Of a DNA stretch of 64,000 nt, positions 1-10,424 are shown one piece after another. The position numbers and the translations under genes are program-made. This DNA comes from Diadema antillarum (taxonomy: Eukaryota). Position 1 is the first letter of the stretch. Each line of letters begins with the position of its first letter. The stretch lies in NCBI RefSeq assembly GCF_040938485.1, contig NW_027271377.1:434001-498000 (forward strand). Direction: 5' to 3'. The notes below the pieces were generated by a model, which saw nothing but the letters and a program-made list of their open reading frames with translations, did not search any database and was not told where the DNA came from.

Positions 1-90
1 AACTGTAGGGAAGACTGTATTCTCGTTATAAATCTAATGTCATTGTTTGTCAATCTGGAAGTTCCAGTCACCCATTCAAAAATTGCCCTG

Positions 91-268
91 GGGGGGGGGG
101 GGGGTGTTTCATAAAGCTGTTCATAAAGTTACAAACAACTTACGAGCAACTGGTGATCAGTTCTGATGTGCTATACTTATCAGAATTTCCATAAGTCAGC
201 ACAAGCACTGATCACCAGTTGCTCGTAAGTCGTTCGTAACCTTACGAACAACTTTACGAAACACCCCC
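91..268. mobile_element. Palindromic non-autonomous MITE, PIF/Harbinger-like
   Basis: Left arm GGGGTGTTTCATAAAG...CTTACGAGCAACTGGTGATCAGT is inverted at right as ACTGATCACCAGTTGCTCGTAAG...CTTTACGAAACACCCC. CTG flanks both ends (88-90, 269-271), a 3-bp CWG TSD. Confidence 0.75.
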
Positions 269-311
269 CTGGTCTGAATTGAAGTAAATGAGGCAATGTA
301 AGCGCTCCAGG

Positions 312-560
312 GTGGGGGAGTTGAGGGGAGAGGACTGGGGGTAGGGAAGAAGAGAGGATGGGAGGGGAGAGCGAGGGAATGGGAGGGGAGAGGGAATGGG
401 AGGGGAGGGAGAAAGGAGGAGAGGGGAAGGTGAGAAGGATGGGAGTGGAGAGAGAAGAGACAGGGAAGGGAGATGGAAGGGAGGGAAAGAGGAGGGGAGG
501 GGAAGGGAGGGGGAGAGATAGAGAAGAAGGGATTGGTGGGAAGGGAAGGGGGAGAGACAG
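312..560 (+). repeat. Polypurine (G/A-rich) low-complexity tract
   Basis: About 250 bp of almost pure G/A with many GGG and GGGG runs. It explains the spurious ORFs 180-569 and 358-735. Confidence 0.9.
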
Positions 561-1588
561 ACCCTGCATTCAGGCTAGGTCACGTGTTGTAGAAATCCCA
601 CCCCCCCCCCCCACCCCTACCCCCACCCCAAAACATAGTTTTGATGGTCAAGGGGAATTCTGTTATTGTTCTCTTCAGAGACAAAATTTGGAGAGGAGAG
701 CGACCTTGGGCTTGAAATTGATAGCGCCCAATTGAATTCATCAAATGTGTGCATGCACGATCTCTGTTCTCAAATGGCAGGGCGCTCCTCTTCAGCGCCA
801 AGCAAATTTCGATTGTCCCTGCAGCTGAGGGACACTCAAAAGAATTGTAGACAGTCGGCCACAAAAAGATTTCTGTTTCTCGAATAAAGAGGTTCTTTCC
901 TGACGGTACCAGAGATGCAGACAGGTCCGTATTCTAAATGGAGGGATAAAGAATGGGAGGAGTCACAGAGGGGAGGGAGAGGGTTCGAATCAGATTGGGG
1001 GGGAGGGGGGGGGGGGTTGTCAAGTTGTCAGCCTGTTCCAGATTTCCATCACATTGTATACATATTGAATACTTCTGTATCAAAACGACATGAAATGATG
1101 AACAGCAGGCTGTTCAGCACTTTGATAAAGAGATCATGATCTCATACTCAAAAGGTGTAGAGATGCATTTTATCATGTCTGGTAGATAAGTGCATCTTTA
1201 TGTTAGAATTCAAAATCTTAGTTGGCAGAATATCATTCCTAAAAGGAGTAATAATAATAGTAATAATATAGACAGACATAACATGCAACATATCCTCTCA
1301 AAGGTGCTCAAGGCGCTCCATTTGGTTATAAACATTCGGTCATGAGGAGTAATTCAATTCCTGGGTAAAATATTCTTCCAACAGCATTAAAAGTCATGGT
1401 AAATTCAGGATCAAATTTTTGATTGGTATTTGTATTGGTTGTTGTTGTTTTTTTAATCAGAGTCCACATTATCAAAGAAAATATACCAAAACCATAATTT
1501 TCCTTTGCAAAGTGATTTATTAGGATCACAAAGTTTTCAAGTGAATACATCAGCTAAATATCTGTGATGTTGTCTGTCTGGTTTTCAG

Positions 1589-1657
1589 AGAAAAAGCTGG
1601 AAAAGAAGGTACTTCATCCTCGATGATCAAGGAATCTCTTATTACAAGTCAGATCAA
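1589..1657 (+). CDS. PLEKHA1: PLEKHA1/2 (TAPP) orthologue, internal exon encoding RKSWKRRYFILDDQGISYYKSDQ (second PH domain, N-terminal strands)
   Basis: Acceptor gttttcAG at 1587-1588 and donor GTAAGT at 1658; 69 nt, phase 0/0. The peptide resembles TAPP1 [21 protein letters not shown] as recalled from the known protein. Earlier exons lie upstream of the window. Confidence 0.92.
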
Positions 1658-2264
1658 GTAAGTGATGTAAATATGCAAAGTGACATCCAGATTTGAGTGC
1701 CCTTGGCCTTACAGTGCCTATGTCGTATTTTACTCAACCTTGGACAAGCAGTGAGAGGCAAGTGTTCAAAACTCATATAGGTGCATTTTAAGGAAAGTGA
1801 GGGTGACAAGCAACCTGTCTACATTTGCCTAAAAACAGATGCCTTGTTTAAGATGAGAAGGCAAGAAGAAAGTGGTTGAAACTTGCCAAAGCACTCTGAG
1901 CAGGACAAGAGAATGAGAAGGTGACTTGTCAAAACTAACCGAGGTGCCTTGTTCAGGACATGAGAGGCGAGAAAACAACTTGCCAAAAAATTCACTTTGC
2001 CACCTTGATCAAGGTTAAAAGACCCAAACTCATCAGTGCCTTTTTCGTGACGAGAGAGAGAAGGTGACTCTTTAAGGGTGAGAAGGGTAACTCTGCTACA
2101 ACTCACCTGGGCAATTTGCTAAAAATCTTGTACCCTGAAGGTGCCTTGTTCAGGGTAAGATGATGACTATTCAGAACTTGCCGAGCACCTTGCTTTAAAC
2201 AGGAAGTCGTCTTGATGACTTGGTAAATTTCAACAAGGAGTGTGTTTTGTTTTGATGTAAATTG

Positions 2265-2590
2265 TTTGGACTGACCCAAGTCTGGACTGAGCAATGTTGT
2301 GTGTAAGCATACCATCCCCTCTAGCACGAGGCAGAACACTCTGTCCCTCGGATAGGACAATATGGAGGTCCCGTGTGTGAGAGAGTAACAACTCATGCAC
2401 GTAAAAGATCCCGCTTCATTCATTCATCGTAAAGAGCAGGGTGTTTAACCCGGTGAAGTGCTCCCACCTCAAATCCAACTGGACCCCATGGAAGACCAGC
2501 TTAGTATACTAGTAGCTGAATATGGGCTATCCAGCCATCTTCTCAGATGGAAAATGAACAAACAAAAAACAAACAAACAAACAAACAAAT
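2265..2590 (+). mobile_element. 5'-truncated SINE with Deu/Nin-type central domain and (CAAA)n tail
   Basis: Blocks GAGGTCCCGT (2365), ACGTAAAAGATCCC (2399) and AAGAGCAGGG..CCCGGTG match the DeuSINE/Nin central-domain pattern. A second copy lies at about 31490-31700. The 5' boundary is approximate. Confidence 0.75.
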
Positions 2591-2805
2591 ACTTTTAATC
2601 TGTATCAGTACCTTCTATACCAAACCAAATGTTGCTCATTTAAGGGCTTGGGTCACACTGACTGCAGTGCCACTTACTGCACAAAGCTAATAATCTATGG
2701 AAAGTAGCTTCGCAGCTGAATGTCAAGCATGGCTTTATGACTTGTGAATACATATTTCTTTCTTTCTTTTTTGAAATTTATGTTTTTTGTTGTTTTACTC
2801 TGCAG

Positions 2806-2870
2806 GAGAAGATACACATCCGAAGCATTCCACTGAAGGAGATCTCTTCTTGTAGAATATCAGAACATGG
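2806..2870 (+). CDS. PLEKHA1: PLEKHA1/2 exon encoding EKIHIRSIPLKEISSCRISEH(G)
   Basis: Acceptor tgttttactctgcAG and donor GTAAGT at 2871; 65 nt, phase 0/2. Resembles TAPP1 EKEPLRVIPLKEVHKV. Confidence 0.92.
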
Positions 2871-3313
2871 GTAAGTCTGGAGGCAGTGAAAGACAAGTTC
2901 TGGGAGGCAGACGCTGTACTGACGTAAATGCCGTGGGCCCACGCCGTCCCCCAGTCCCACACAGTGTATTCCATGTCGTCCCCCGGTGCCTGTAATGTGA
3001 CCCGTACGTCACCACAGAGCTCGAAACTGAATCTGTGCTGTGGTGAAATGGGGCAGCCACTTGATAAGGCAATGTAATACAAGTAACCCAGAAATACAGA
3101 CGGATACACATATCTTTTATCATCACCACCTACTGCTGTCTGTCAGCTAACGCATAGCAAAAACTTTTTATGGAATCTGAACATGAGAAAGGCTTAAGCA
3201 AGTATGTAAATGTGAACTTTATAGTCTTCATTACATCATGACAGCTCACAAAGGAATCATGTTGACATGTATGACTAGGATTTACAGAGTCACATTTATT
3301 TCACTTATATTAA

Positions 3314-4133
3314 AGGAATGGTAAAGTATTGGTTGAGGTGAGGATTTCCCTTTTAACTTTTTGTAAGATACTTAGATAATACTGTGTAATGCTGAAGAGT
3401 AAAAAATTTTAAGAGGAATTCAAAGTTTAGTTGATGAAAATTGGTTTTTGAATAATAATAATAATAATTGATAAGATTTATATGACGCCAAATCCACTCT
3501 CCAGAGCGCTCTAGGCGCGGAAGGAAGAGAAAGTGAAGGAGATAAAGGACATACAAATATCAAATACATGTAATGAGTAATCAAATGGAGGCCTTAAACA
3601 GGTGAGTTTTTAGACTACTTTTAAAGGAGTCTGATGAAGAACAATTTTTTATGGCTGAAGGTAAGTTATTCCATAAGGTGGGAGCAGCATGGCCAAAGGC
3701 ACGTGTGCCCCATATTGTAGTGAATCTTGGAATTATAAGAGAACCGGAGTTGGATGAGCGTAGAGATCTAGCAGGGATGTAATTATGGAGTAAGTCAATG
3801 TTATACTGAGGAGCAGCGCCCTGAATGCAATGAAAAGTCAGAAGTAAAATCTTAAAGATAATGCGATCTTTGACTGGTAATGGCCGAGTTATCCAAAAAG
3901 AAAGAAAAACAAAGTGATCTTAATAAAAGGTGGGTCCCACCTTTTGTTAGCATCACTTTGTTTTGGATATCTCAGCCATTTTAAAACCAATTTCCATCAA
4001 ATAAATTTTGAATTCCTCGTAGAATTATATGGTCTTTCATATTTCGTAAAAGATTTCTCATTATCTTGAAAAATCATCATCAAAAAACATTGAAAACCAG
4101 AAGCACCATCTCAACCGAAACTGTACCATCCCT
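3314..4133. mobile_element. TTAA-flanked MITE (Kolobok-type termini AGG...CCT) interrupted by an L2 LINE fragment
   Basis: TTAA at 3310-3313 and 4134-4137. Termini AGGAATGGTAAAGTATTGGTTGAG / CTCAACCGAAACTGTACCATCCCT, with an internal palindrome GGTGGGTCCCACC. Same family as 32083-32498. Confidence 0.75.
3451..3883 (-). mobile_element. L2-clade LINE 3' fragment (ORF2 C-terminus, 3'UTR and (ATT)n tail)
   Basis: The minus strand 3883->3581 reads open: LPVKDRIIFKILLLTFHCIQGAAPQYNIDLLHNYIPARSLRSSNSGSLIIPRFTTIWGTRAFGHAAPTLWNNLPSAIKNCSSSDSFKSSLKTHLFKASI*. This is the typical L2 ORF2 end. The tail is an (ATT)n run at about 3451-3470. Confidence 0.9.
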
Positions 4134-4497
4134 TTAAAAAAGATGGAATTTAATGAAGATTTTGTTTGTCAGTGGGAAACATCTGAGGGTGATGACATCA
4201 TCACTTCATCTGATATTATTGTGAATGTAACCAATTATTCAGAATTCCCACAGCTGTGTATTTTTTATCATGGGCAGGGCTCTCTGGAAGAGCAGGATCT
4301 GCTGGTCTTGATGAGACTACCCTGTGGAAATAAAACCGAAATAAATGAATAAATAAAAAACTGTTTTGTACAATGCCTGATCTTTCAATAATACTTCTAT
4401 GTGGAGTGACCATGGAGTGGCACATCACTCTGACCTCTGACCTTTGACCTCTGACCTCTGACCCTTTTCCTCCCTCTTGATTTTCTCTCTCATTCAG

Positions 4498-4561
4498 ACC
4501 CAGCATTCAGAGGGACAACCTGTTTGAGATTGTCAGTGCGTTACGGACGTTCTATGTACAG
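4498..4561 (+). CDS. PLEKHA1: PLEKHA1/2 exon encoding (G)PSIQRDNLFEIVSALRTFYVQ
   Basis: Acceptor ttttctctctcattcAG and donor GTATTT at 4562; 64 nt, phase 2/0. RDNLFEIV..RTFYVQ is characteristic of the TAPP PH2 domain. Confidence 0.93.
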
Positions 4562-4610
4562 GTATTTAGAAATCGGATATAAGATTGATAAGACAAATAC
4601 AAGACGACTG

Positions 4611-6030
4611 TTTTTAGCTCACCTGAGCCAAAGGCTCAAGTGAGCTATTGCGATCGCCCTTCGTCCGGCGTCCGTCGTGCGTCGTGCGTCGTCCGTCGTC
4701 CGTCGTCCGTCGTCCGTCGTCCGTCGTGCGTAAACTTTTTACATTTTCATCTTCTTCTTGAAAACCCCATGACCGATTTTCATCAAACTTGGCAGGTAGC
4801 ATCCCTAGGGGGTTAGGAACTCAATTTGTTAAAATGGGCACCATGCCCCACCCAGGGGGCCCCCAGGGGGGCCCAAACCCCCAAAAATTAAGGAATCTGT
4901 AAAAATCTTCTTCTCTAGAACCAGAAGTGATAGAGCGAAGTTAATACTATGAGTTAGTACATTGATGACTGTAGTTTCAAGTTTGTTCATGGCAGAATCA
5001 GGGGTGCCCCCCTTGGGACCCAGGGGAGGGGGGTGGGAAAGGGTTCTAATGGGGCCTAAATTGTACATTTTCATCTTCTTCTTGAGAACTCCATGACCCA
5101 TATTCACCAAACTTGGCAGGTAGCATCCCTAGGGGGTTAGGAACTCCATTTGTTAAAATGGGCACCATGACCCACCCAGGGGGCCCCCAGGGGGCCCAAA
5201 CCCCCCAAAATTAAAGAATCCGCAAAAACCTTCTTCTCTAGAACCAGAAGTGATAGAGCTAGGTTAATACTATGAGTTAGCACATTGATGACTGTAGTTT
5301 CAAGTTTGTTCATGGCAGAATCAGGGGTGCCCCCCTTGGGACCCAGGGAGGGGGGGGGGGGGGGGGGGTGAGGAGGGGTCCTAATGGGGCCTAAATTGTA
5401 CATTTTTATCTTCTTCTTGAGAACCCCATGACCCATTTTCACCAAACTTGGCAGGTAGCATTCCTAGGGGGTTAGGATCTCAATTTGTTAAAATGGGCAC
5501 CATGCCCCGCCCAGGGGGCCCCCAGGGGGCCCAAACCCCCCAAATGAAGGAATCTTTAAAAATCTTCTCTAGAATCAGAAGTTATAGAGCTGAGATAATA
5601 CTATGAGTGAGTACATTAATGACTGTAGTTTCAAGTTTGTTCATAGGAGATCCAGGGGTGCCCCTCTTGGGGGTAGGGGGGAGGGGGGTGGTTGGAAGGG
5701 TCCAAATGGGGGCCTGAATTGTACATTTTCATCTTCTTCCTGAAAACCTCATGATGGATTTTTTGTCAAACTTGGCAGGTAGCATCCCTAGGTGGTCAGG
5801 ATCTCAATTTATCAAACTGGGCACCATGCCCCACCCAGAGGGCCCCAGGGGGCCCCAATTCCCCCAAATTAAGGAATCTTGAAAAAATTGGGCCCTTATT
5901 GTACATTTTCATCTTCCACTTGAGAATGCCTCGTCAAATTTTGGTAGAGCTGTGAATAATTTAGATTAGTGACTGCGTGAAAGGTGAACTTGCGATACTC
6001 AGGTGAGCGCTAGACCCGCGGGTCTCTTGT
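4611..6030 (+). mobile_element. Helentron/HINE-type (Pearl/DINE-1-like) non-autonomous element with an internal tandem array of about 323-335 bp units
   Basis: In order: T-run; 5' hairpin AGCTCACCTGAGCC-AAA-GGCTCAAGTGAGCT (4616-4646); (CGTC/GTCGTCC)n microsatellite 4661-4730; tandem units starting at 4740, 5064, 5399, 5722 and 5902 (the fourth shortened, the fifth partial); 3' subTIR CTCAGGTGAGC (5998-6008); hairpin AGACCC-GC-GGGTCT; end CTTGT. Confidence 0.85.
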
Positions 6031-6044
6031 ATTTGGATGATATA

Positions 6045-6447
6045 TCACTTGGTCTACTCGCACTTCGTCTAATAGCCCTTTAGTCTCAACCCACGTGGTC
6101 TAATCCCATTTTGCCTACAACCAGTAAGTCTAACAACCATTTAGTCCAATTGCCACTTAGCCTCATTACCAGTTCATCTACTCCCAGATGGGCTATGCCC
6201 ATTTCGTCTAATACCCACAGTTTATTAGACAAAATGGAGAAAAAAAAATCCAAGGAGTCAAAATTGCAATTAGACCATCTGGTCATTAGATGAAATGATA
6301 ATTAGCCAAACTGGACATTAGACCAAGTGAGGATTAGACCAAACGGGCATTAGACGAAATTGATAGTAGACCAAATGAGTTTAGCTGTAGTGGTGTTAGA
6401 CAAAGTGGGAATGAGACGATCTGATATTAGACCAAGTGGCAATAAAC
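6045..6447. mobile_element. Foldback-type MITE with about 15-bp subterminal repeats
   Basis: The left arm repeats a CACTTGGTCTAAT-like unit, and the right arm repeats its reverse complement ATTAGACCAAGTG, ending GTGGCAATAAAC. Confidence 0.7.
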
Positions 6448-6814
6448 TTTTTATTTGTTACTCAGAAAAATATGTATTTTTAGATGAAATTAACATGTTC
6501 ATGATCACTCTATAGTCTAACTTGTGCTGATTAAAACACTGGTTAGCAAACCAGTTTTGCCCCTTTACTAGGTAGGAATTGATTATTTATGTGAATTTTT
6601 ATCTGTTTATGTATTAATTGATAGATAATGATTAGCTGAAGATATAGTTGTATTGGTAGATAAGTTTATAAAGGTGTATATTATGTGTATATATTATATA
6701 TTTAGTTTTTGCAATGAGAATGCATTTGGCGTAAGTGTGTGTGTATCCATTACATTTCATTACATTATATTGTATTAATACATTTATGTAGCACATTTTC
6801 TGTTTACCAATATG

Positions 6815-6900
6815 TTCAAATGCGCTTTGCTATTGGATCATTAATGAAACAAGTGAGTTTTTAGCTGTTTTTTGAAGATGATAAGAGATTGCTGGTTGCA
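6815..6900 (-). mobile_element. Short L2-like 3' remnant
   Basis: The minus strand reads ...IIFKKQLKTHLFH*, followed by an AAGCGCATTTGA-type 3'UTR. Confidence 0.55.
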
Positions 6901-8016
6901 GAGATTACTGTTATAAATATTTACTTGTGTTAAAGTAAAAGAAAAGATGTCCCCAGAACAAACACAGTGTATCACAATGAAAGAGCCAACCAAGTACTAA
7001 CAGATACCCCAATGTAGCCTGAAGGAAATCAAGTGCAGATGATTAGAGTGAATTCTTTAGTCAAGGAAATGACAAAGCGATCCAAAGTTTTGAAGCCCTT
7101 TTGTACTCTGAAACTTTCCAGTTCTGATGATTCCTCTGTTTTTAATGCCTGTTGCCAAGCAACTAATATATTGTGCTTATCTGTTTGGGGGAAAATGAGC
7201 AGTGTAGATCTTTATTTATTTTTATTTTTTTGCCTGCCACTCCTGGGGGAGCTGTGACACAGATGTACAAATTTATCTGCTCCATCACTGGAAAAAGATG
7301 TTCGGAGATGCATAGTACCAGAAGTCTGAGAGAAAGATGAAGTCATCATCTTGAAAATTTATCAAGTCCAGATGTCCTAACTGTGCATTTTTCTTGACAT
7401 CTCTTTTGACAACATGTTGGCAAAGTATTGCAGGAGAGTAATATGATTTGATATCTTTAGAAATAATTTGCTACCTTTAGGAAATGGGGAGAATATGTAA
7501 TAGAATTGTCATGATATGATGATTCAGCTCCAGAAACCCATTTTTTATGGTTTGGTGCTGTTTCTTTAAATTTTGTTATTTTCTTTTCATAATAACTCTT
7601 TCATACGAAAGAGTCAATAAAAACAACATCAACAAACAAATATTTTGCTCTAGCTTGAGTGCAGGATTTTCTAACGCTTCTTATGTGGTAAACGTATGAA
7701 TAATTCTTAAATTGGCAACATGTTTAAGAAGATCATATTTCTTATTTCTCTGTCAAATTGGCACATTTTTGAAAACTCCCTTGTAAAGTTAGTGCAGATT
7801 AAGCGGCTCTAACCAACTCCACCTAATATTTTTCCAATGCAGGACATGCAGTAAAAAATCATGTTTGCCAATTTGATGAAGACAAAGCTGATAATTTCCA
7901 CAGGAAAATTACACAAGGGCCTGATGGGTTTTAGTAGGAGTATGAGCCATCTAGTCGTGCATTATCTCTGCAACATTGCTGTAACTGATGAATAAGAATG
8001 ATGCTTCTTCCCATAG

Positions 8017-8100
8017 GCATATTCACCGGACGAGATGGAGTCATGGGTTCAAGCCATCAACAATGCTGTTGCTGCCAAAAAGAGAAGCTTAGAGCAAAGC
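8017..8100 (+). CDS. PLEKHA1: PLEKHA1/2 exon encoding AYSPDEMESWVQAINNAVAAKKRSLEQS (PH C-terminal helix)
   Basis: Acceptor cttcttcccatAG and donor GTAAGT at 8101; 84 nt, phase 0/0. Resembles TAPP1 ADSPEEMHSWIKAVSGAI, including the invariant PH tryptophan. Confidence 0.93.
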
Positions 8101-8427
8101 GTAAGTTCGGTGCCCTCATCGCAATTTTGGCATCATCAAGATTTGTCGCCTTTGCTTTGATTTTTTTTTTTAATGTAACATGCAAATTGGTAGATGACAC
8201 CCAGAACAAAGCAAAAACAAAAGCAAAATAACAGCAACAATTGCCAAGATAATTGCTGTTTGTTATAGTATTCGTGGAGGAATACTTCATATGAAGCAAA
8301 TGGTTGTTACTTGTTCAAGATGACTGAGGTGGACAAGAAAAAAAAAGTAATGAAAACAAAAGATAAATCATTACTTTTTTACAGCTTTTGTAGTGGATTA
8401 TTGGATGTAGAGTTACAGGGTCCTAAT

Positions 8428-8538
8428 AGGCGTTTTCACATCAGCCCGATGTTTCGAAATAGCGCGCTATTTTCTGACTTGGGAAATTAAAAAAATATCT
8501 CGAGCTTGGATTTTTATCGGGCTGATGTGAAAACGCCT
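8428..8538. mobile_element. 111-bp MITE with perfect 23-bp TIRs and a 3-bp TSD (PIF/Harbinger-like)
   Basis: AGGCGTTTTCACATCAGCCCGAT ... ATCGGGCTGATGTGAAAACGCCT, with AAT on both flanks (8425-8427, 8539-8541). Confidence 0.85.
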
Positions 8539-10151
8539 AATGAAACAACAGCTAGCAAGCTTCAAGCAATTTGCAGTTTAAAATCATATCTCATCACATA
8601 TTTCTGGAGTAAGATGCTATATAATGATGAATAGATTTCATAGTTTGGTCAAATTGAAAAACCATTCACTGTTGTTTCCTGGTCATGTTTATTGATGTGA
8701 TTCTGCTAATACTTATTGTACGAAAGAGTACATATATACAGTATGTATGCAAGTTGATGGGTATCTGGAGCTATGTTTAGAAATGCTTCATGTCTTTAAC
8801 TTTGAAACATCATGCTGATTATCTTAGATGCAGCTTTGCAAATGTATGTTTTGCAGATCTTTTTGCAGTTAGGAAAGTTAGGAATATATATGATATATAG
8901 TTAGGAATATGGGAATATAATATATATATAAATAATATATATAATTGAATATAATATAAATAATTGAATATAATATAAATGAAGGAATATAATAAATGAG
9001 GAATATGATTCTTTCTGTTTGAGATTATTCTACCCGATGCTTCTTTTTCTTAAAAGAGCAGAGAATTCAAGAAATATCTGCGATGTGACTGAGAGCAAAA
9101 AGAGTATGAACAATCGCTAGAAAAAAATATTGTTCTCTTTTGCATGGAAGTCATAAGATATAATGACAAGAGTTTGTGTCAATATTTCAACCAAAGCCTG
9201 CTGTTGACTCTATACCTGAAAGTGCACATTTTTACAACCCTTAATGTTTTGGTTCCATTTCAGTTCTCAGCTCTTTTGAGTCAGGAGGAAGAATATCTTT
9301 AAAATAAAACAAACAGAAAAGCCAGAGAGGTGGGAAGATTCTTATGGTAACAACATGCTGTAGGCTTAGATGTGCATTTTTTTTCTTTATTCTTACATAT
9401 TCCACTGCCTTCATTTATTTGATTTGTCATTTTTTTACATTAGAATGACTGACAAGTATTTTCACATACCTGGTAGCTTTTGACAAGCTCCTCTCACAGC
9501 ATAGTGTCAATAACATTGCATATCACAATAGTGCATTTTTCGTTGTTGATTGATTTGTAAGTGATAGCATGACAAGGGTTTGTGCAAGTTGCATACTTGG
9601 AAATTAGCTCAGTGCCAGCCCTTCAAAGCCACAGCAAAGTTTCTGAAAACAAAAGCACAACAGAGTTTGCTTGGATGGATGTCTATGAAATAAAAAGAGA
9701 ACTTCCAGATAGTGTTGCATTTGATTGGCTCTTCTCCCTACTGAATCTCCTGACTCACACAGTCATATATAGCAGATATCAACAAAATGAAAGTATGTTG
9801 TAAGAGAAAATGTTTAGAATTTTCTCGGGTTGGTTGTTTTATGCGATTGATGTGAACCCTGAGAATATGTAGCACTTGATTAGCACTTCACCTCACATCA
9901 CCTTAGTCTCCTTCATAAAGTAGGCACAAGGGTCCATCGAACAGCCTGGTGTCACCACCGTCTGGCATTGTCCAATGGTTTTCCATGTCAGTGATGGGTT
10001 GTTGAGGCTTGTCCATCCTTTACCGCTGTCCATCCAACACTTGGTTTGACTGCCAACAATAGTTGGAAGAATCGCTGAAAAGATTCATCTCATTGGAATG
10101 TCAACTGGATAAAAGTTCATTTTGCCACAATCAGCTGTAATTTACCTGTTT

Positions 10152-10193
10152 GATGAGACTTTCGCCTACTGGACCTGTAGGCTTCTTCAGATC
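10152..10193 (-). ncRNA. Minimal type I hammerhead ribozyme motif (minus-strand copy)
   Basis: The minus strand reads GAT-CTGAAGA-A-GCCTAC-AGGTCCA-GTAGGC-GAAA-GTCTC-ATC. This gives a complete core, a 6-bp stem II, a near-palindromic mini stem III and a 3-bp stem I. Activity is untested. Confidence 0.7.
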
Positions 10194-10382
10194 GATTGCT
10201 ACTGTGAGAGAGTTGTTTCGATGGATAAGGGAAGTCATCCACATTCACAAGCAACAAGGAAGAACTTTCAACCGAGACCTGGGGCAATACTTGCTTTCTT
10301 CAATCTACAGTCCGATTCTCTCAGATCGGCGTGTGCCAGCTACGTTGGCTAGTGGGAAAACCACTCTCTCACAGTAGCGATC

Positions 10383-10424
10383 AATCTGAAGAAGCCTACA
10401 GATCCAGTAGGCGAAAGTCTCATC
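10383..10424 (+). ncRNA. Minimal type I hammerhead ribozyme motif (plus-strand copy)
   Basis: CTGAAGA 10386-10392, extra A, stem II GCCTAC 10394-10399 / GTAGGC 10407-10412, GAAA 10413-10416, then GTCTC. Predicted cleavage is after C10421. Stem I is weaker here (AAT/ATC). Confidence 0.65.

Noticed and set aside
180-735. ORFs of 129 aa (Pro/Ser/Leu-rich) and 125 aa (Gly/Glu/Arg-rich)
   Set aside because: They are read-throughs of the polypurine tract and a MITE; low complexity with no domain.
666-887. Segment after ctcttcAG as a possible upstream PLEKHA exon
   Set aside because: No frame resembles the expected preceding PH strand (GYCVKQG-like), and I see no good donor.
4614-5445. Repeated ORFs of 62-102 aa
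   Set aside because: They arise from the microsatellite and tandem units of the Helentron-type element and have no transposase or Rep/helicase motifs.
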